From NCBI RefSeq assembly GCF_009914755.1, contig NC_060946.1: a stretch of 64,000 nt of DNA. One strand, given 5' to 3'. The translations under genes were made by a program, and so were the position numbers. Of this stretch, positions 1 through 16,477 are shown one piece after another (position 1 is the first letter of the stretch; every line of letters begins with the position of its first letter). Source of the stretch: the human T2T-CHM13v2.0 reference genome, Homo sapiens. The notes under the pieces were generated by a model. It saw only the letters and a program-made list of their open reading frames with translations. It did not search any database and was not told the origin of the DNA.

Positions 1-169
1 GTAACTACAGTGATGTGACAAAAATTGACATGAGACAAAATTAGTGCCCAAGAGGGTAAATTTCCACATTTGAATCTTGGTTGTCTGGCTACCCAACTCA
101 CTATAATATTTAGAAATAGAGGGAAGAAGTTAGGTATTTCATGTCACAAATCTGAGAGGTCTTCACCGA

Positions 170-410
170 CCTCACTAACTACTTAGGTCTCCCCAGAACC
201 TGGTTAATTTCCTTCATTGCACTTGTAACAATCTGTACTTACCTATTTGTCATTTGCTCAGTGCCTTTCTTCACCACCAAACTGGAAGCTCCTTGGGGGC
301 AGGGACCTTGACGGTCTTATTTACCACTGTAATCCTATCCCTAACAGCTAATTAGCAACAGTAGATACTCAAGAAACATGTGTTGTGCAAATAACACAAT
401 GATTGAATGA
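170..410 (+). mobile_element. L2 LINE 3' fragment
   Basis: L2 3'-end motifs (aagctccttgggggcagggacc...cagtagatactcaagaaacatg...tgaatga). Confidence 0.6.
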
Positions 411-463
411 TTCTGCCTTGGGATAAACCTGCACTGATTCTATAGCTTTATAATTATAATCAC

Positions 464-970
<507 letters not shown>

Positions 971-2682
971 ATAAAGCATGATATTAAAAAAATAAATAAA
1001 TAAAATCTAGCTCTCATAATTGTCAAGTAAAATTCTATAGTTTTGAGCAAATATTTTCAAATCATCAACAGATATTTCTTGAGTACCTACCATTTGTATA
1101 GCTTTGTGGAGAAATATAAAACATGAACCTCACATTAAAACTTACCATTCAGTTAAGGAGCTTTCTCTCCTAAATAATTCCCAGCAAAACAAATGATTAC
1201 GTAGAAAAGGTCTTTTAGTGTTATTTTTAGATCTGCCCACTTTCACAATGCTGTTTCCTTCCCCCCATTTCATCTGAATTCTAACAGGAAATGATTTATC
1301 AGCTGGCATTAAACTATTGGTCCACGATCTTTTATCCCAATCCTTTGAGGCCAGATGATTTGTGGAAATTCTCTTTTGGGTGCGGTGGTAGGGGTGGAAT
1401 TTTCAAGAGTAGTGCCATGTCTATACCATATATTACATGATACCCACAGTAAGGTGTGGAGCTGCTCTGAACAATTAAACACATTAACATGTCTGCAATA
1501 AAAACATGTAAATATTTGGAATAAAGACTACAAATGGCCTCAGGCCAAGTTTTACCACCAAATGAGTTGGAGGAAAAGTTGATTTCCAAAAGTTTTTGGA
1601 TTTCAGGATTGAGAATAAGGAACAGAGGAGCTGAACTGACTTTATCCAAAGACTTGGGACAATAATGACAATAGCATCTAAGAGGCTGAGTGTCCAGAGC
1701 TATCTCTGAAAAGATGCATTTAAGGTGGAACTATGAGAAAAGAACAGCTCTTGTGTTTGTACAGGTTCTGCCTATAGACATGAGTTTGACTCGTAAGGAA
1801 ATGAGCTCTGGCCAAGAATGCTACGGGAAAATGGTTATAGAGACTACCATGCCATTAGGAGGTGTTACTGTTTTGATGAAAAGAATACTGTCAGAGGCAG
1901 AGAATCTAATCTTTTCCAGCCCTAAGTGTGTGTTCATTAATTTATTCAACTAATAATCTTCCAGAGCTTACCATGTGGCAGGCTCCATTCTAGGAAATGG
2001 AGAAACAGGTGCACAAGACACAGTCCTCACACCCTGGAGTAAACAGCTACTCTTCATTGAACGCTCACAATGTGCTCACACCTGGGCCTTCACATGCCTC
2101 ATCTCTCTCCTTTAATTAGGATTCAAAGCCATGATTTGAGGTCCTGCTTTGCCATTTCCTAACTAAGACTTAACAACTTCTCTAAGTCTCAGTTCCCTCA
2201 TCCGCAACACAAAGAATAATCGCCAGACAGGGCCGTGGGGGAGGAAGAAACGAGATGCTTTGGAAAGAATTTTGAAAATGGCGGGTGGAGGCTGAGCAAG
2301 AATCAACTTTCTGTGGGCAGGGCCTTTCCTCGGCATCCTCGTCTTCATTCATACAACCCCCACTTCAGATGACGACTGTGTACCAGATGAGCCAGGTGCT
2401 GGGCGTTCGGCCACACAGAGAATCAGACCAGCAATTACCCTAGGAGAACCGGCAGTGGAGGGGAAGGCTGGACCTCAGGAAAGCCTCTAGAAGGAGAGAG
2501 GGACGTGATGGCGTCACGTCACGCCACAGGGATTTCACCTCCTGCGGATGGTAATGGCCTCGCCGCCCTCCCGCCCCCACCTGGACTCCGACGGTGCCGG
2601 CAAGAAACGGGAGGAGGGAAGGCAACCGATGTTTCCAGACCCGCCTTGAGCCCCACCACCACTCCCAAGCAGAGGCTGTTAC

Positions 2683-2780
2683 CTGAGAGGAAAGTCGGCC
2701 GCTGCCCAACGACCAAACTTCCTCTCCCCAGGATATTCCACCTACTCCAGCCAGGCTCAAGGGCCCAGGCCGGTCCCCAC
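2683..2780 (-). other. ENTHD1: Probable non-coding first exon of ENTHD1; 5' end approximate; intron 1 runs off the left edge
   Basis: Minus-strand donor CAG|GTAACA (plus strand tgttac|ctg at 2677-2685) inside the CpG-rich promoter. The gene name comes from recalled head-to-head ENTHD1-GRAP2 order, not from coding sequence in this window. Confidence 0.55.
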
Positions 2781-2819
2781 TTCCGCTTCCTCACTTTCTG
2801 GCCTGGTGCAGTTCCTGTC

Positions 2820-2878
2820 AGGGCGTCAAGCAAGATGGTTGCAGATACCTGAGCTGGAGGGTACCAAGGGGAATGAAG
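2820..2878 (+). other. Candidate plus-strand non-coding first exon (possible far-upstream GRAP2 exon); start approximate
   Basis: Consensus donor AAG|GTAAGT at 2876-2884, just downstream of tandem ETS sites. Confidence 0.4.
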
Positions 2879-3223
2879 GTAAGTGTCTTCGTTTCACAGG
2901 CTGCCGGGCTGTGACACTGCCCTAATCCTCCTTTCAAAGAATAAATTTTTTTTTTTTTTTGAGATCTGGGAAATAGTTTAATCAGACACTAGCATTTATT
3001 CTTAGCTGCTTTCTTAATTAAATAAAAATGAGTATAAATTAATTTACTAAATGTTCACAACGTAAAAACGGACATTAAAAAAAGAAAAAAAATGCCAAGG
3101 TAAGCTGATAATGTTTTTAAAAAGTAGACAATAAAATAATGTATGTAACTTAAAATTTGCCATGATAATTTATTCTTAAAATGGAAAATCAGTAAAATAC
3201 TCAGACTTCTAGCATAATATCTC

Positions 3224-3496
3224 TTTTTTTTTATTTATTATTATTTAAGTTTTAAGGACATGGATGAAATTGGAAATCATCATTCTCAGTAAACTATCGC
3301 AAGAACAAAAAACCAAACACCGCATATTCTCACTCATAGGTGGGAATTGAACAATGAGAACACATGGACACAGGAAGGGGAACATCACACTCTGGGGACT
3401 GTTGTGGGGTGGGGGGAGGGGGGAGGGATAGCATTGGGAGATATACCTAATGCTAGATGACGAGTTAGTGGGTGCAGCGCACCAGCATGGCACATG
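3224..3496 (-). mobile_element. L1PA2-like short insertion with 5' inversion
   Basis: 3256-3496 is near-consensus L1PA ORF2-end/3'UTR in + orientation with the GAG diagnostic (gatgacGAGttagtggg). 3224-3254 is polyT plus the reverse complement of the L1 terminus. Confidence 0.85.
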
Positions 3497-3679
3497 AATA
3501 CATTTTTAAAAGTGTGTTACTACTGTCATTTCAACTGACTAGAAATACCACCAGCACGTGATTGCCACCTCAAAGGACTGAGAATGTAATAGTAGTCTAT
3601 GAAGAGCAGTGTGTGTGATGGACAATGATGGGGTAGCTCCAGTGACTGATGGCTTCAGGTGCCACTGACGGGTAATTGT

Positions 3680-5650
3680 TGATGTATTCAACTGATTTTC
3701 CGTGAGCACCCACTTTGTGCCAGACAGTAAGGACTCGGAGATAAAAAGCAGCCCTCTGCTGGATACGTTTACAGGCTAGTGGAGGTGACAGGCACCGTCA
3801 GAGAAGATTGTAACAAGATATGTATGGCATAGTAAGAGAGAAGAGATCATCTAATTCTGCCACTGAGTATTTAAGGGCAGGTTTCACAGAAGAGTTTACA
3901 TCTGAATTGAATCTTAAAGGATGACAGGGAGTTCACTGGATAGACAAAGTAGAGGAGGACGTAAGAGGCAAAGGACACATCATGTGTAAAGGCATGAAAG
4001 CTGAGCCAGCCTATTATCTTGGAAAAACTACATGTACTGTAGTTACTACAACTGTCACAAAGGCTATTAGTGGAGCAGCAGAGGAAGGTTAAATAACAGA
4101 GGGAAGTTGGATCATGAAGAACCTTATCCATACTACAAGGTGATTTTATCCAGTAGGCATTGAAAAATGTAATCGAACCTGTGTTTTAATGGAATATTGA
4201 CTAGGATGAGGGGAAAAGACAGAGGATAACAAAACACTTAGTAGACAAAAGCAACATTTGTTTCTATCTCCTACTACTTCAGTCATAATTATAATAATAA
4301 TAGCCCACATTATTGATACTGACATGTAGATAGGTGAATCCAATATAAAATGATAGGAGGTATGAAAGAAGTTGGTGAGTTTGGAATATTATTTGACTGG
4401 CTATAATATAGAGTAATGGGGTGGGAGCCAGAGGGAAATCGAAAAGGTGACCTGGAAAACATTGTTCAGGGCCTTGAATGCTATGTTGAGGTATTTTGAC
4501 TTTATAAAATAGTGGGGGACAAACTACAAGTATTTTATACATTGAGGTATAGTTTATGAAGTTTTTTTATATGTATAGCTTATGTAAATCTCAAAGGAAT
4601 GCTGAGAAGTAGGCGTTATTATCCCATTGTACAGGTGAGAAAGCTGAGTTTGTGGAATATGCATACATTCTACATTATTGAGCACCTGCTATTTGCCAAG
4701 CACTATGCTGAGCTATGAGACTAGAAGGAAGTTGTAGTTTAATACTCTAATAGAGGAAACAGGAATAAATCAGCAATTGTAAGTAGTTGCTATAATAAAG
4801 GCAAACAATGTTACGGGAGTGAAAGGGGGACTTGTCTATATTTGCATAGTCAGGGAAGGCTTCCTGGAGGAGGTGAGCTTAAACTGAGTTTGGAGAAACA
4901 AATAGATTACAGTAATTGCCCAGAGATATTTAACTAGGAAGCAGTTTACCTGAAACTTGAACCCAAATCTCCTGTGTCTAGCTCTTTCCCCTACTCCAAG
5001 GACCAATCTTTGGTCCTTGATTTTAAGCTCTATCAGCAACTCAGTCACAAGTGGACTTGTTATGTTTGGAGAAGGTCAGAGATTCCAATTTTTTATTTTT
5101 AAATTCATTCATTTTCTCCTTTTAAAATCTCTGTGTGTGCTCAAAGAGTAGATTGGAAGCAGAGGAACTGGAAGAAGAACAGAATGTTCTGATAGTTCAG
5201 GCAATAAGTGATGAAGGCCATAACTAAGGCAGAGGTCATGGGCATAGTGTGAATCTCCACTCTGTTCACTCTCCTCACACATATACTTTTACATGTAATG
5301 TTAAAGTGTAGCAGTTATGGGATCGGGCTCTGAATATATGTGGCAATGAGAGAGAAGGAGGAGTCTACAGGGACTAAGTTTCTTTTTGGGGTGACCAAGT
5401 AAATGACTGTTGCTGTTCACCAAGATGAACATGATCCGAGGGGTCAGTTTGGCAGGAAAGCTGGGGAATTCTGCTTCGGACATTTTGAATCTGAGCAACA
5501 GGTGGGAGATGTTCAGGGGACAGTTGAATAGAGATAACTGAAAGAAGAGGGTTTGGGGCTAGGTTCATAGACTTCAGAGTAGTCAGCATATAGAAGGTGA
5601 TTGAGGAGGCAGATGGGAAGTAGGAGACAGGGTAAGATTAAAGACTGAAG
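3680..5650 (-). mobile_element. L2 fragments with interspersed MIR pieces
   Basis: Purine-rich antisense L2 motifs (cagggaaggcttcctggaggaggtgagctt; ggacattttgaatctgag). Confidence 0.6.
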
Positions 5651-5879
5651 TCCCAATAAACAGTGAGGGAGTTGGTTAGGCTTGGCAAAAGTGTCAAGTG
5701 TTACCAGCTTAGTGGAATTAACCCTGTTCAAGTGACAATATGTAAGGGGTCCTTCTTATCTGCTTTCCTCCATTTGGGGGCACAATTTAGTTGCAATACC
5801 GTAACATCCACTAAATACAAATATTGCTCTATGGTAGCTTGGTTGGTTTTCTCCTTTAATTTTTTGAACTTGAGGTTCT

Positions 5880-7430
<1,551 letters not shown>

Positions 7431-7484
7431 AATGTCTGAATGCACACTATTAAATAAGAAGTACATATTTTACCATAAAGTTAA

Positions 7485-7835
<351 letters not shown>

Positions 7836-8585
7836 AGAAGTTCAGATATAAACAAATGACCCCTCAAAAGGAATTGATTAAAAAAATTTTAAACAAAGTA
7901 TGGTTTAAAAAAGAAACTTCTCCACTGTGGCTAAGTCCATATTTCACATGTTACTGTATCCTCCTCATCTTGCTGCTATTTTTCTGAGTATCTCATGATA
8001 GTGAGTACTGAAATGCTGGCATTCTCACATTAGGGTCTTTATTCTTAGGATCTGCCTTTGCACTCGTTCAGTTACAGAGCTGTTATGAAATAAACCACTC
8101 AAGTGGCCTTGCTTCCCTCCCACTATGCTCTACATAACATGTCTGTCAATCAGTACTTACTACCAAAATAACTTGCCTTTGAGATTTTTCTGTTCTGCAA
8201 TCTGTCCCATGCTTGTAAGGGGAAGGATTATATTCTGCTCCCTGGGGAGTAGTGCCTGGTGCAAAATTAGCTTCCTCATTAGGGTACAAGCTGAAAACAC
8301 CATGATACTTTCCATGTAACACCATTCAACATTTTCCCTTCGCTCCCACTCCCCAACCATAGAATTTTAGGGACTCCTTTAACCATTTCAAAACCATCGA
8401 CTTGGGAGCTATCAAAGAATAAGGACTGTAGCCAGAGGATTTCAGCATTTAAAAACTTGGCAATAGAGCTGTTCAGTGTAATGATCCAAGAAGGTCCTTA
8501 GAAGGCTGAATAATTCTGAGGTCAAGGTTGAGACGTTATTATTTTTAAAGTAGCAAGATGTTGTTATTTTTAAATTTTATCTTTA

Positions 8586-8985
<400 letters not shown>

Positions 8986-9989
8986 GGAGTTATGGATAGA
9001 AAATTACTTCCTTTAACTCATTCGACAAATATTTACTGAGCATTTTCTGTCACCTTGACACTTTGCTGATTCTTCTTTTCTATTTCAATAAAAATGTTGG
9101 GCAATTATAACCAAGGAAAAGGTTTTAAGAAAGTAAATTTTAAGCAAGGTTTAGATATAAAGAAGCAAAGAGATGGAAAAGGATGCCGTTTCACATTGCA
9201 GAAAAAGTTTAAATTTTAGAACCCCAAATTGAATCTCTCCTTGACACTCTCCTCTTGGTATTCCAGGGATTAATGCTAGGAACATCCCAGTGAGCCAACA
9301 TTTCCCTCCTCATCTTGGATCCAGTCCCCAAACTCTGAATGGTGCCACTTAGCAAGTAGCAATGTCTCTAATTTTCTGTAAAAGATGCAACGTTGGCAAT
9401 CCATTTTCTAGCAAGAGCAAAGAGAAAGGAAGAGGCCTTCACAAGTTGCAGTTGATATAGGGGGAAGGGTGAGTGGTACATTTAAAGGTAAGAACTAAGG
9501 AAGTTGAAGGTAACAAAACTCAAGGTCAATGGAAAGTCTTAAATCCCAGAAAGCCTTCAGTCTAAGACTCAACAGAAATTGAAGTCCCAGAAATTGAAGG
9601 AACTGGTTCCACCTCATGCTGGACTGTGGCAAACCTGGGGTGAGAATGCATCCCAGCTCAGAATGTTTCTTCTTTTTTTGTCAAGAGTAATATTAGAGGC
9701 TGAGTGTATGAACAAAGCATCTTTCCTGGGATTTTAACATTGTGAGTGATCGAGGGTGCTCTTAAATAAGTTCCCCCAAGAAGCCCTAATGTTCCTCTGG
9801 ATGCATGATTATACTAAGAGAATAAGAGTTTTCCTTAAGATCAGCTTGCTGATGGACCATATCAAGAACTATAAATTTTCTTATGTGAACACAAGTGTTC
9901 AGGGGGGATATTGTTAAAACTGAAACCAAGCATAAAGAAGCAAAAGTGTTTCAGTGAACCTCCTGCATTTTAGTTCAACTCTGGCAGCA

Positions 9990-10075
9990 AGAAAACAAAA
10001 CCACATAATCTAAGGCTCACGCCCAACTCTCCGAAGCCCCATATGTGCTAGTTCCTGTGTGGTTTGCCTACAGAC
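9990..10075 (+). promoter_or_regulatory. GRAP2: GRAP2 main (T/myeloid-type) promoter with RUNX and ETS motifs
   Basis: RUNX AACCACA (9999-10005); adjacent ETS TTCCTG (10052-10057) and RUNX TGTGGTT (10058-10064); TATA-less; lies directly before the first exon. Confidence 0.65.
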
Positions 10076-10318
10076 TGCAGGGCTGACTAGGGTTAGTTTG
10101 GAGGAGGGAGTAAGAGGTGGGGAGGAGGAGGCACAGTTAATGGATCTGTAAACTTGCACCCTCTTTCAGAGTGGTACATGGAAGACAGCACAAAGTGGAT
10201 CCATACTCTGAAATGCAGTAACTCTGATGCTTGAATTTGTCTCCCTTCTTGCCAGAAAGGATTCTAATAACTCGGTGTCAAAGCCAAGACATAAACTCAA
10301 CCCCTTCTCTTCCAAAAG
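10075..10318 (+). other. GRAP2: GRAP2 non-coding exon 1 (5'UTR); TSS approximate
   Basis: Donor AAG|GTATGT at 10316-10324; the join ...cttccaaaag|cttcacgttacagcATG matches my recollection of the GRAP2 mRNA leader. Confidence 0.8.
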
Positions 10319-12355
10319 GTATGTCATTATACAACATCTGTACATATACTCTAGAAACTTTGAACAGTTTTATAATTTGCAGAATGTTCTGTATGAGTTA
10401 ATTAAAATGAATCTCACTAGTTCTCTAAATATTGCTTTTAAGTCCCATCAGCTAAGGTCTCTAAACCTTTTGCTGTGACAATGTTTGTGGTGATGGGATT
10501 TGACTTCTATCAAATGAACTGGGAGAACACTTGTTCCTTACCCAGTCCATAACACAAAAATCTCCACAAACTGGCTTCAGAAGCATCTCAGGGAAAGATT
10601 TTCGACCTTGGGATCATGGAGGTAAAATTCCACTTCACCATGGTCAGAATTTAATCCAAATTGGAAGGGATTGGAGGGGGTGGTAGAGGGCTGAGCAGTG
10701 ATGAATGAACACTAGCACTCTGAGGTCAGGATTTCTCTCTTTGCTTGAATTTCTAGTTCTGTTCGCATTTTTGTTACCTGTACAAAGGACACCAGTTTTC
10801 ATTCCTTTACGAAAAGAAAACTTTATGTTGAAGTGTATTTTGGAAGGGTATTGTCTCTCTTCGTACTAGCCGTTAGGCTCCATCCCTATGACTGTCTCTG
10901 GTTTAGGCGTCCAGTCTGAAGATAGCTGCTTTGTGTTCTTTGTCCCAACTCTTCCTGAACGTGAGGATTGAACATACCAACCAAAGGTTTCACTAATTTA
11001 AAATGTACTGTATTGCCCTGACAGGTATACTGTCAAAAAAAATTTACCGTATTTATCTACCTGGAATTAGGCCTTCTTAATAAAGTGTATGCAGCATAAT
11101 TTGCACACTATTGAACATACACATCCCTAGATAAACTAGGAGTGGGAAGTGTTTTAGATCTAAACATCCAATGGGAAAAATTTCGTGTGTTCTCGTTATG
11201 TTATCTGAGGATGGGAAACTTCAGGTCGCAGAATCTTTTGTTCTATGCAGCAATGTTTGTCATAAACGGTTTAGTTCTTTAGTGGCTCCTTTTTGTTTCT
11301 TATTTTTGGTTTCGGAAAGAGTATTTAGCAGAAGTTACTCTCCTTTAACAATCCAGTATTTTATGTAAAACTTTATAGAATAATTTTATAGTGATTCTCT
11401 TTACAAAACCATCTGCTATTAAATAAGGAACACTGTGTAAATAGAGGACCACCTAAGTATATTTAATTTTCAAATACGAAAAAAATCTGACTCATACCCT
11501 TTTTTGTTTTTTTGTAAAAGAGAGGTGGCCCTATATTATTGAATAAAACTGCTTTTTTAGATTGAACTTGGAGTGTCTCCCATGTGGTAAACTGAAATCT
11601 TATTCTCCCCAAATTGTAATAGATTTTATCTTTTTAAAAATGACTTTACTGAAGCAGAGGAGAAGGAGATGATCAATCTATTCAATATGAAGAAATATCT
11701 CTGTTGCTAATACAATATCCTTTTGAATATCTCCCACATCTTAGGCCCTGGTGAAAATCCCTTTCAATTGTTCTGTCTACCTCGTAGGGATGTTGTAAGA
11801 ATAAATGAGTTAACATAGATATGAAGTGCCTTAGGAAAAAGGCTCTATAAAAATGCAAGGCGATATCATGATTAGTTGTTTCTTTGACTCTTGATCATTT
11901 TCTTCCCACTTCTTATACAAAATGTCTCTCACTTATTTCCTGAAGCCATCTCTTTTAGAACTATTGCTTCCTAGAAGAGCTGAAAATGATCCTAGTTCCA
12001 ACATATTTATTGATTCCCAGATAATAACACCCACTGGTGTTGATGACTGACAGGGTTCATGCCTAAGCTTGAGTAGAACTTGCCCTTTTTTCCTGGGTCA
12101 AGAAAAGTCTGCAATTGTTCGAAAATGTGTCAGTAAGTGTGATTCCATCACGATTTCTTAAATAAGTAACAGTTGCTGCTGGATAATCCTGGGGGCAGAT
12201 GATTCATTTTTGTGCCCCTATCAAACAAACTCAAAACTTGTTAAAGAATCTTTATAAGTTGTTTGAATCAAACAATAGGGTCGCTAGGTCCCCATTTTGT
12301 CCATTTGAGGTATTTGCCCAGCATACCTTGGTCTGTAAAGAAATAGCACAGCCTT

Positions 12356-12420
12356 GGCTGGGCGCGGTGGCTCATGCTTATAATCCTAGCACTTTGGGAG
12401 GCCGAGGTGGGCAGATCTCC
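12356..12420 (+). mobile_element. Alu 5' fragment (~65 nt) followed by an A-rich tract
   Basis: ggctgggcgcggtggctcatg...gggcagatc, then abrupt A-rich sequence. Confidence 0.8.
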
Positions 12421-12460
12421 AAAAATAAATAATAATAATGATAATAACACAGCCTCATGA

Positions 12461-12764
<304 letters not shown>

Positions 12765-13095
12765 TGCCCTTTCTTTTCTCTTAAAAATTCTTAAGAAAGC
12801 ATGGTCCTGTTTAACAAATAAGCATTTTACAAACATTTATCGATCAATTACTATATGCCAGGCCTGGCACTAGGCACCAAGTCCTCTTCAACAGTGTTAA
12901 CATTAAGTTTCAATAAACTTGAGTCAGTAGGAATTCAGTAAATAATTTTTAAAGATTGTTTTCTTTTTAAATATGTATTTATAAACAAAAATTTTAGAGA
13001 ATTAAAAGAAACTATCACGAAGTGCATGATGATAAAAGTCTTATATACTCTCCAAAGAAAATGTTAAGACATACCTTAAGGAGATAGTGAAGAAC

Positions 13096-14260
<1,165 letters not shown>

Positions 14261-14364
14261 TATATTTTTAATACGCTTTGAAGATGGACTCGACATGCAA
14301 ATTCATCATTATCAGCAGCAATAGTGGCTGGAAATATTTATTGAGTGCATAAGTTCAGGTAATA

Positions 14365-14800
14365 ATAATAATAGTAGGTAATGTTTATTGAGTGCTTGCT
14401 GTGGAGCCAAGACAGCCTCGGTGTGAGCCCAGTCTTTCACTTACTAAGCGAATGAACTGGGACGAGTTATTCTTTTTGTGCTTCAGTTTCTTAAGCTATA
14501 AAATGGGATTACTAATGGTGCCTATCTCGTGGGATTGTTCTGAAGAGTAAACGATTTATACATTTAAGGTTCCTAAAACAGTGCCTGTTATTATTGTTAT
14601 TTGCCAAGCATTGTTCTAATACTTTGTAGGTACTAACTCGTCTACTTCTTCTAATGGTGCAATGAAGAAAGTGCTAATAATACCCTTTTTTCACAATGAG
14701 GAAACTGAGGTACGGAGAGGTCTAGTACGTTGCACAAGGTCACTTAACTAGTACCTGGTGGAGCCAGGATTTGAACCCAGGCTGTCTGGTTCCTGAGCAC
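14365..14800. mobile_element. Nested MIRs (+ MIR at ~14400-14600 within a - MIR)
   Basis: MIR cores cttcagtttcttaagctataaaatggg (+) and atgaggaaactgaggtac...ccaggatttgaacccagg (-). Confidence 0.65.
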
Positions 14801-16477
14801 TCTCTCTGATGATGGGCACATGCAGTGAGGAGTGATACAAGTGGAGCTGAGTGGAAGTAGCCCTCACACACACTCAGACTTGAAGTTATTGAAAATCCGG
14901 GAGGTTGCCACCCAAACACATTTAAGGTTTAATTCATCTGAATAAGAACAGCATTCCACTAAGCCCAGATAAGTACTCTTATTACATTTACATAGCTTAA
15001 GGCTCTGTACAAGAAACCTTGAACATAAAATACTTGGAACAGAAAAGAGTAGGAGAACTATGAAGTAATGGGGGGAAAAAATCCCTGAAAGGAACAATAC
15101 AAGCGGGGAGTTATGAGACCTGGGACCTCAGAGCCTCGGGGTGGAAGATGATATTTTGATATAATCAGGAGGGAGAAATTTCCTCTCATTTTTCACATTT
15201 CTGTACTATATAAGATTTTACCATAAAACGCAAGAGTATAAGCCATTGTCAGATTTATAAAAGGCCATGGTGGATTTCCTTAAGAGACGATGGATGACTG
15301 TTGTTAGTAGGTAAATTCCCTGGTTGGTTATCTCATACACTCAGATATTCCATAAGTCAGCCTGTGGCTTCTGAAACTGTATTGAGAAAAAGCTGTATAA
15401 ACTAGGTGTTGGTCCATGCTCCTTCATTAGCATTACAAAAGGGTTCGACTGCTGAGTTGAATCTTATCCACTCCTTCAGTGGCCATTACAGAAAGCTCTC
15501 AAGTGTAATTTTCTAAAGAGAACTAAAAATAAATAAGAAAAAAAAAATCCAGCATTAATAATGGTTCTTTTTGCATTTCCAACACAGTCATTGCCAAATT
15601 GGTTCTGCCTTTTTATGTTTTTTAATGAAAAGCAGCCTAATTGATCAATTGGTCATGAATAATACTTCTTCGTTTGTTTTTCTCCACACCCCCCAGCCTT
15701 CTAGAACCACGGGCTTAATGTGTCGGCCTACAAATGGTTCATGATTTGTGTTTTTTGTCTAGTGCTTTATGGGAAAATATTAGAAACAAACTGCTGAGAA
15801 CTCAGTAGGAACTCAGTAAATAATAAGTAGATAGTTCTCTTGTTAAATATGATTTTAAAGAAACTCTTTCTAAATAACTAGGAAATATTACAAGGGAAGT
15901 ACAAAGTGGGGTGGAAAGCCTGGCTGACTTGTAATTTGAAATTTCTCTTCATCATTTTATAGGTCACACAGTTTAACCCTTTATAAAACAAAATGTAAAG
16001 TCTGATAGCTGAAAAGGCTCTCCTCCGCTAAATAGATTTGTTTGAAAATATAGATCATTAAATCGGTAAGAATAACAGGAGAATCTCAACCAAACATTGA
16101 GACAACTAAGAAAATTGTCTAAATCTAATACCTTATATCAGTACTTTAAGTTGACCATAAATACGCTGATATCCATAGCACATAGGTTCTTACTGGCAGT
16201 GGTGGGGTGGGTGGGGGAAGGGGAGTGTCACAGACACATTCAAGATGTCAACGAAAACTATGAAAACTCTCCCCAATGGGGAAAAAAAACCAACGATGCC
16301 TAGCACTTATCCTACGCAACTTTGTACAGAATTTCCGTGGGAAATTCTGGTGTCCATCCATCATAAATCACCTGGTGTCCACCCATATATCCTGAATAGG
16401 AAAAATTGTCTTTCTCTAGAGTTATTGTACACTGATCCTGATGGAGCTTTAAAAAGAGTTGTCGTACAGGCTCATTG

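Larger units (their letters stand above)
2270..2900. promoter_or_regulatory. CpG-rich bidirectional promoter (ENTHD1 on minus; plus-strand upstream exon toward GRAP2)
   Basis: Highest CpG density outside Alus; tandem ETS/GABPA motifs CACTTCCGCTTCCT (2778-2791); YY1-like AAAATGGCGG (2275-2284); CRE-like CGTCACGTCA (2512-2521); outward-facing donors on both strands. Confidence 0.7.

Noticed and set aside
2440-2852. Three overlapping ORFs of 104-115 aa
   Set aside because: Expected stop-codon depletion in a GC-rich promoter; no protein similarity recognised
10227-10478. 83-aa ORF as a standalone gene
   Set aside because: Crosses the exon 1 donor at 10318; relevant only as a spliced overlapping uORF
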